NCBI GenBank assembly: GCA_030141605.1 | Contig: JAQGDQ010000005.1 | Coordinates: 868,180-932,179 of the forward strand | Origin: Tubiluchus corallicola | Lineage: Eukaryota > Animalia > Priapulida | DNA length: 64,000 nt | Reading direction: 5' to 3' | Shown: positions 63,150-64,000 of the stretch, in pieces | Layout: every line of letters begins with the position of its first letter | Numbering within the stretch: position 1 is the first letter of the stretch | The notes under the pieces: model-generated | What the model was told of the DNA's origin: nothing | What the model saw: only the letters and a program-made list of their open reading frames with translations | The model's database searches: none | Translations under genes and position numbers: made by a program

Positions 63150-63940
63150 ACTCATGAAGCAGATTTTGACAAATTAAAAAGTGAATTTGTTCAGTTAAAA
63201 TTTTATAAGCAGGTGTTACACGTACATTCAAAAGCTAGTAACGTAGTGCAGAAATGGGTATATACCCAACTTTTGTCTTTATTGTAAATTTAGTTGTAAA
63301 CTATTGGCTACACATGCTGGAAACACCCTGCAACAGCCTAATTTACAATGCATATTTAGATTGCAAACAAAAAGATAACGAAAATGTGTATAACTGGGTC
63401 TCGTTCATAGGAATATTTTGTATAAACTTGGGTTTGAACATACTTGGATTACTGAAGGTACGTTAAGTGCCCGAAGGTTGCTTTACTCCATTAATAAGAA
63501 ACTACAGGAATAGATATAATGACTATTTTTTGAAAAATATTTATAACGACAACAACGATGATGGGGGTAATAAACTTCGAACTCATAGGCTTTTTAAAAC
63601 TGTATATTGTTTAGAGAAATATTTGCTTAAGCGTAATAATCCAATTTAAAGCAAACGTATACAACTATATACACTAGATTTAGAATTAGCGCACACACAT
63701 GGGATATTAAGAGGGGGAGGGTTTATAATATCATAAACCAACAATACCTGCTCAACAAATATGTAAAATATGCAAGATGAATCAAGTGGAAGATGAAATG
63801 CATTTTTGTATGACATGCTCTGCTTATCAAAATACAAAATACAATTGTATTTGAAGATATTTTAAAAATATTTCCTTCTTTTGCAAATATGCCTGTAAAT
63901 GAACAGTTTATTTTTATTAATGGCCTAAATGATGTAGCGA
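63150..63940 (+). mobile_element. Degraded non-LTR retrotransposon ORF2 C-terminus (RTE-X-like)
   Basis: Frameshifted pieces VQLKFYKQVLHVHSKASN, VNYWLHML, NKLRTHRLFKTVYCLEKYL and ICKICKMNQVEDEMHF (Cys/His knuckle typical of LINE ORF2 ends). Confidence 0.65.
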
Positions 63941-64000
63941 TGAGAACCCTAGTAATAGACTTTATACATCATCAGCAAGAAAAGGGGAGAGAAACAGGAC

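Overview
AT-rich, intron-containing animal DNA, probably an invertebrate (the 5S sequence resembles lophotrochozoan-type 5S). There is no prokaryotic signal. I reconstructed five spliced genes by hand from GT-AG junctions with consistent phase: SEC22B (+, 7.2-11.2 kb); an unrecognised ~1,000-aa Ser/Lys/acidic low-complexity gene (+, 16.5-26.7 kb); ASRGL1-type isoaspartyl peptidase/L-asparaginase (-, 29.1-37.7 kb); CDK9 (+, 44.0-49.4 kb); and PMPCA/alpha-MPP (-, 52.7-61.8 kb, first exon not found). Introns and spacers carry many MITEs (Tigger/pogo-like, hAT-like, Helentron-like) and LINE remnants. The two most unusual items are: (i) a ~530-bp retroposon in ASRGL1 intron 1, made of a complete 5S rRNA head fused to an apparently bipartite RTE-LINE body and flanked by a 9-bp direct repeat (candidate 5S-derived SINE family); (ii) a decayed divergent H2A-H2B histone pair inside an intron of the unknown gene, which keeps its stem-loops and a shared 24-nt downstream element. 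All family assignments come from recalled motifs; no database search was run.
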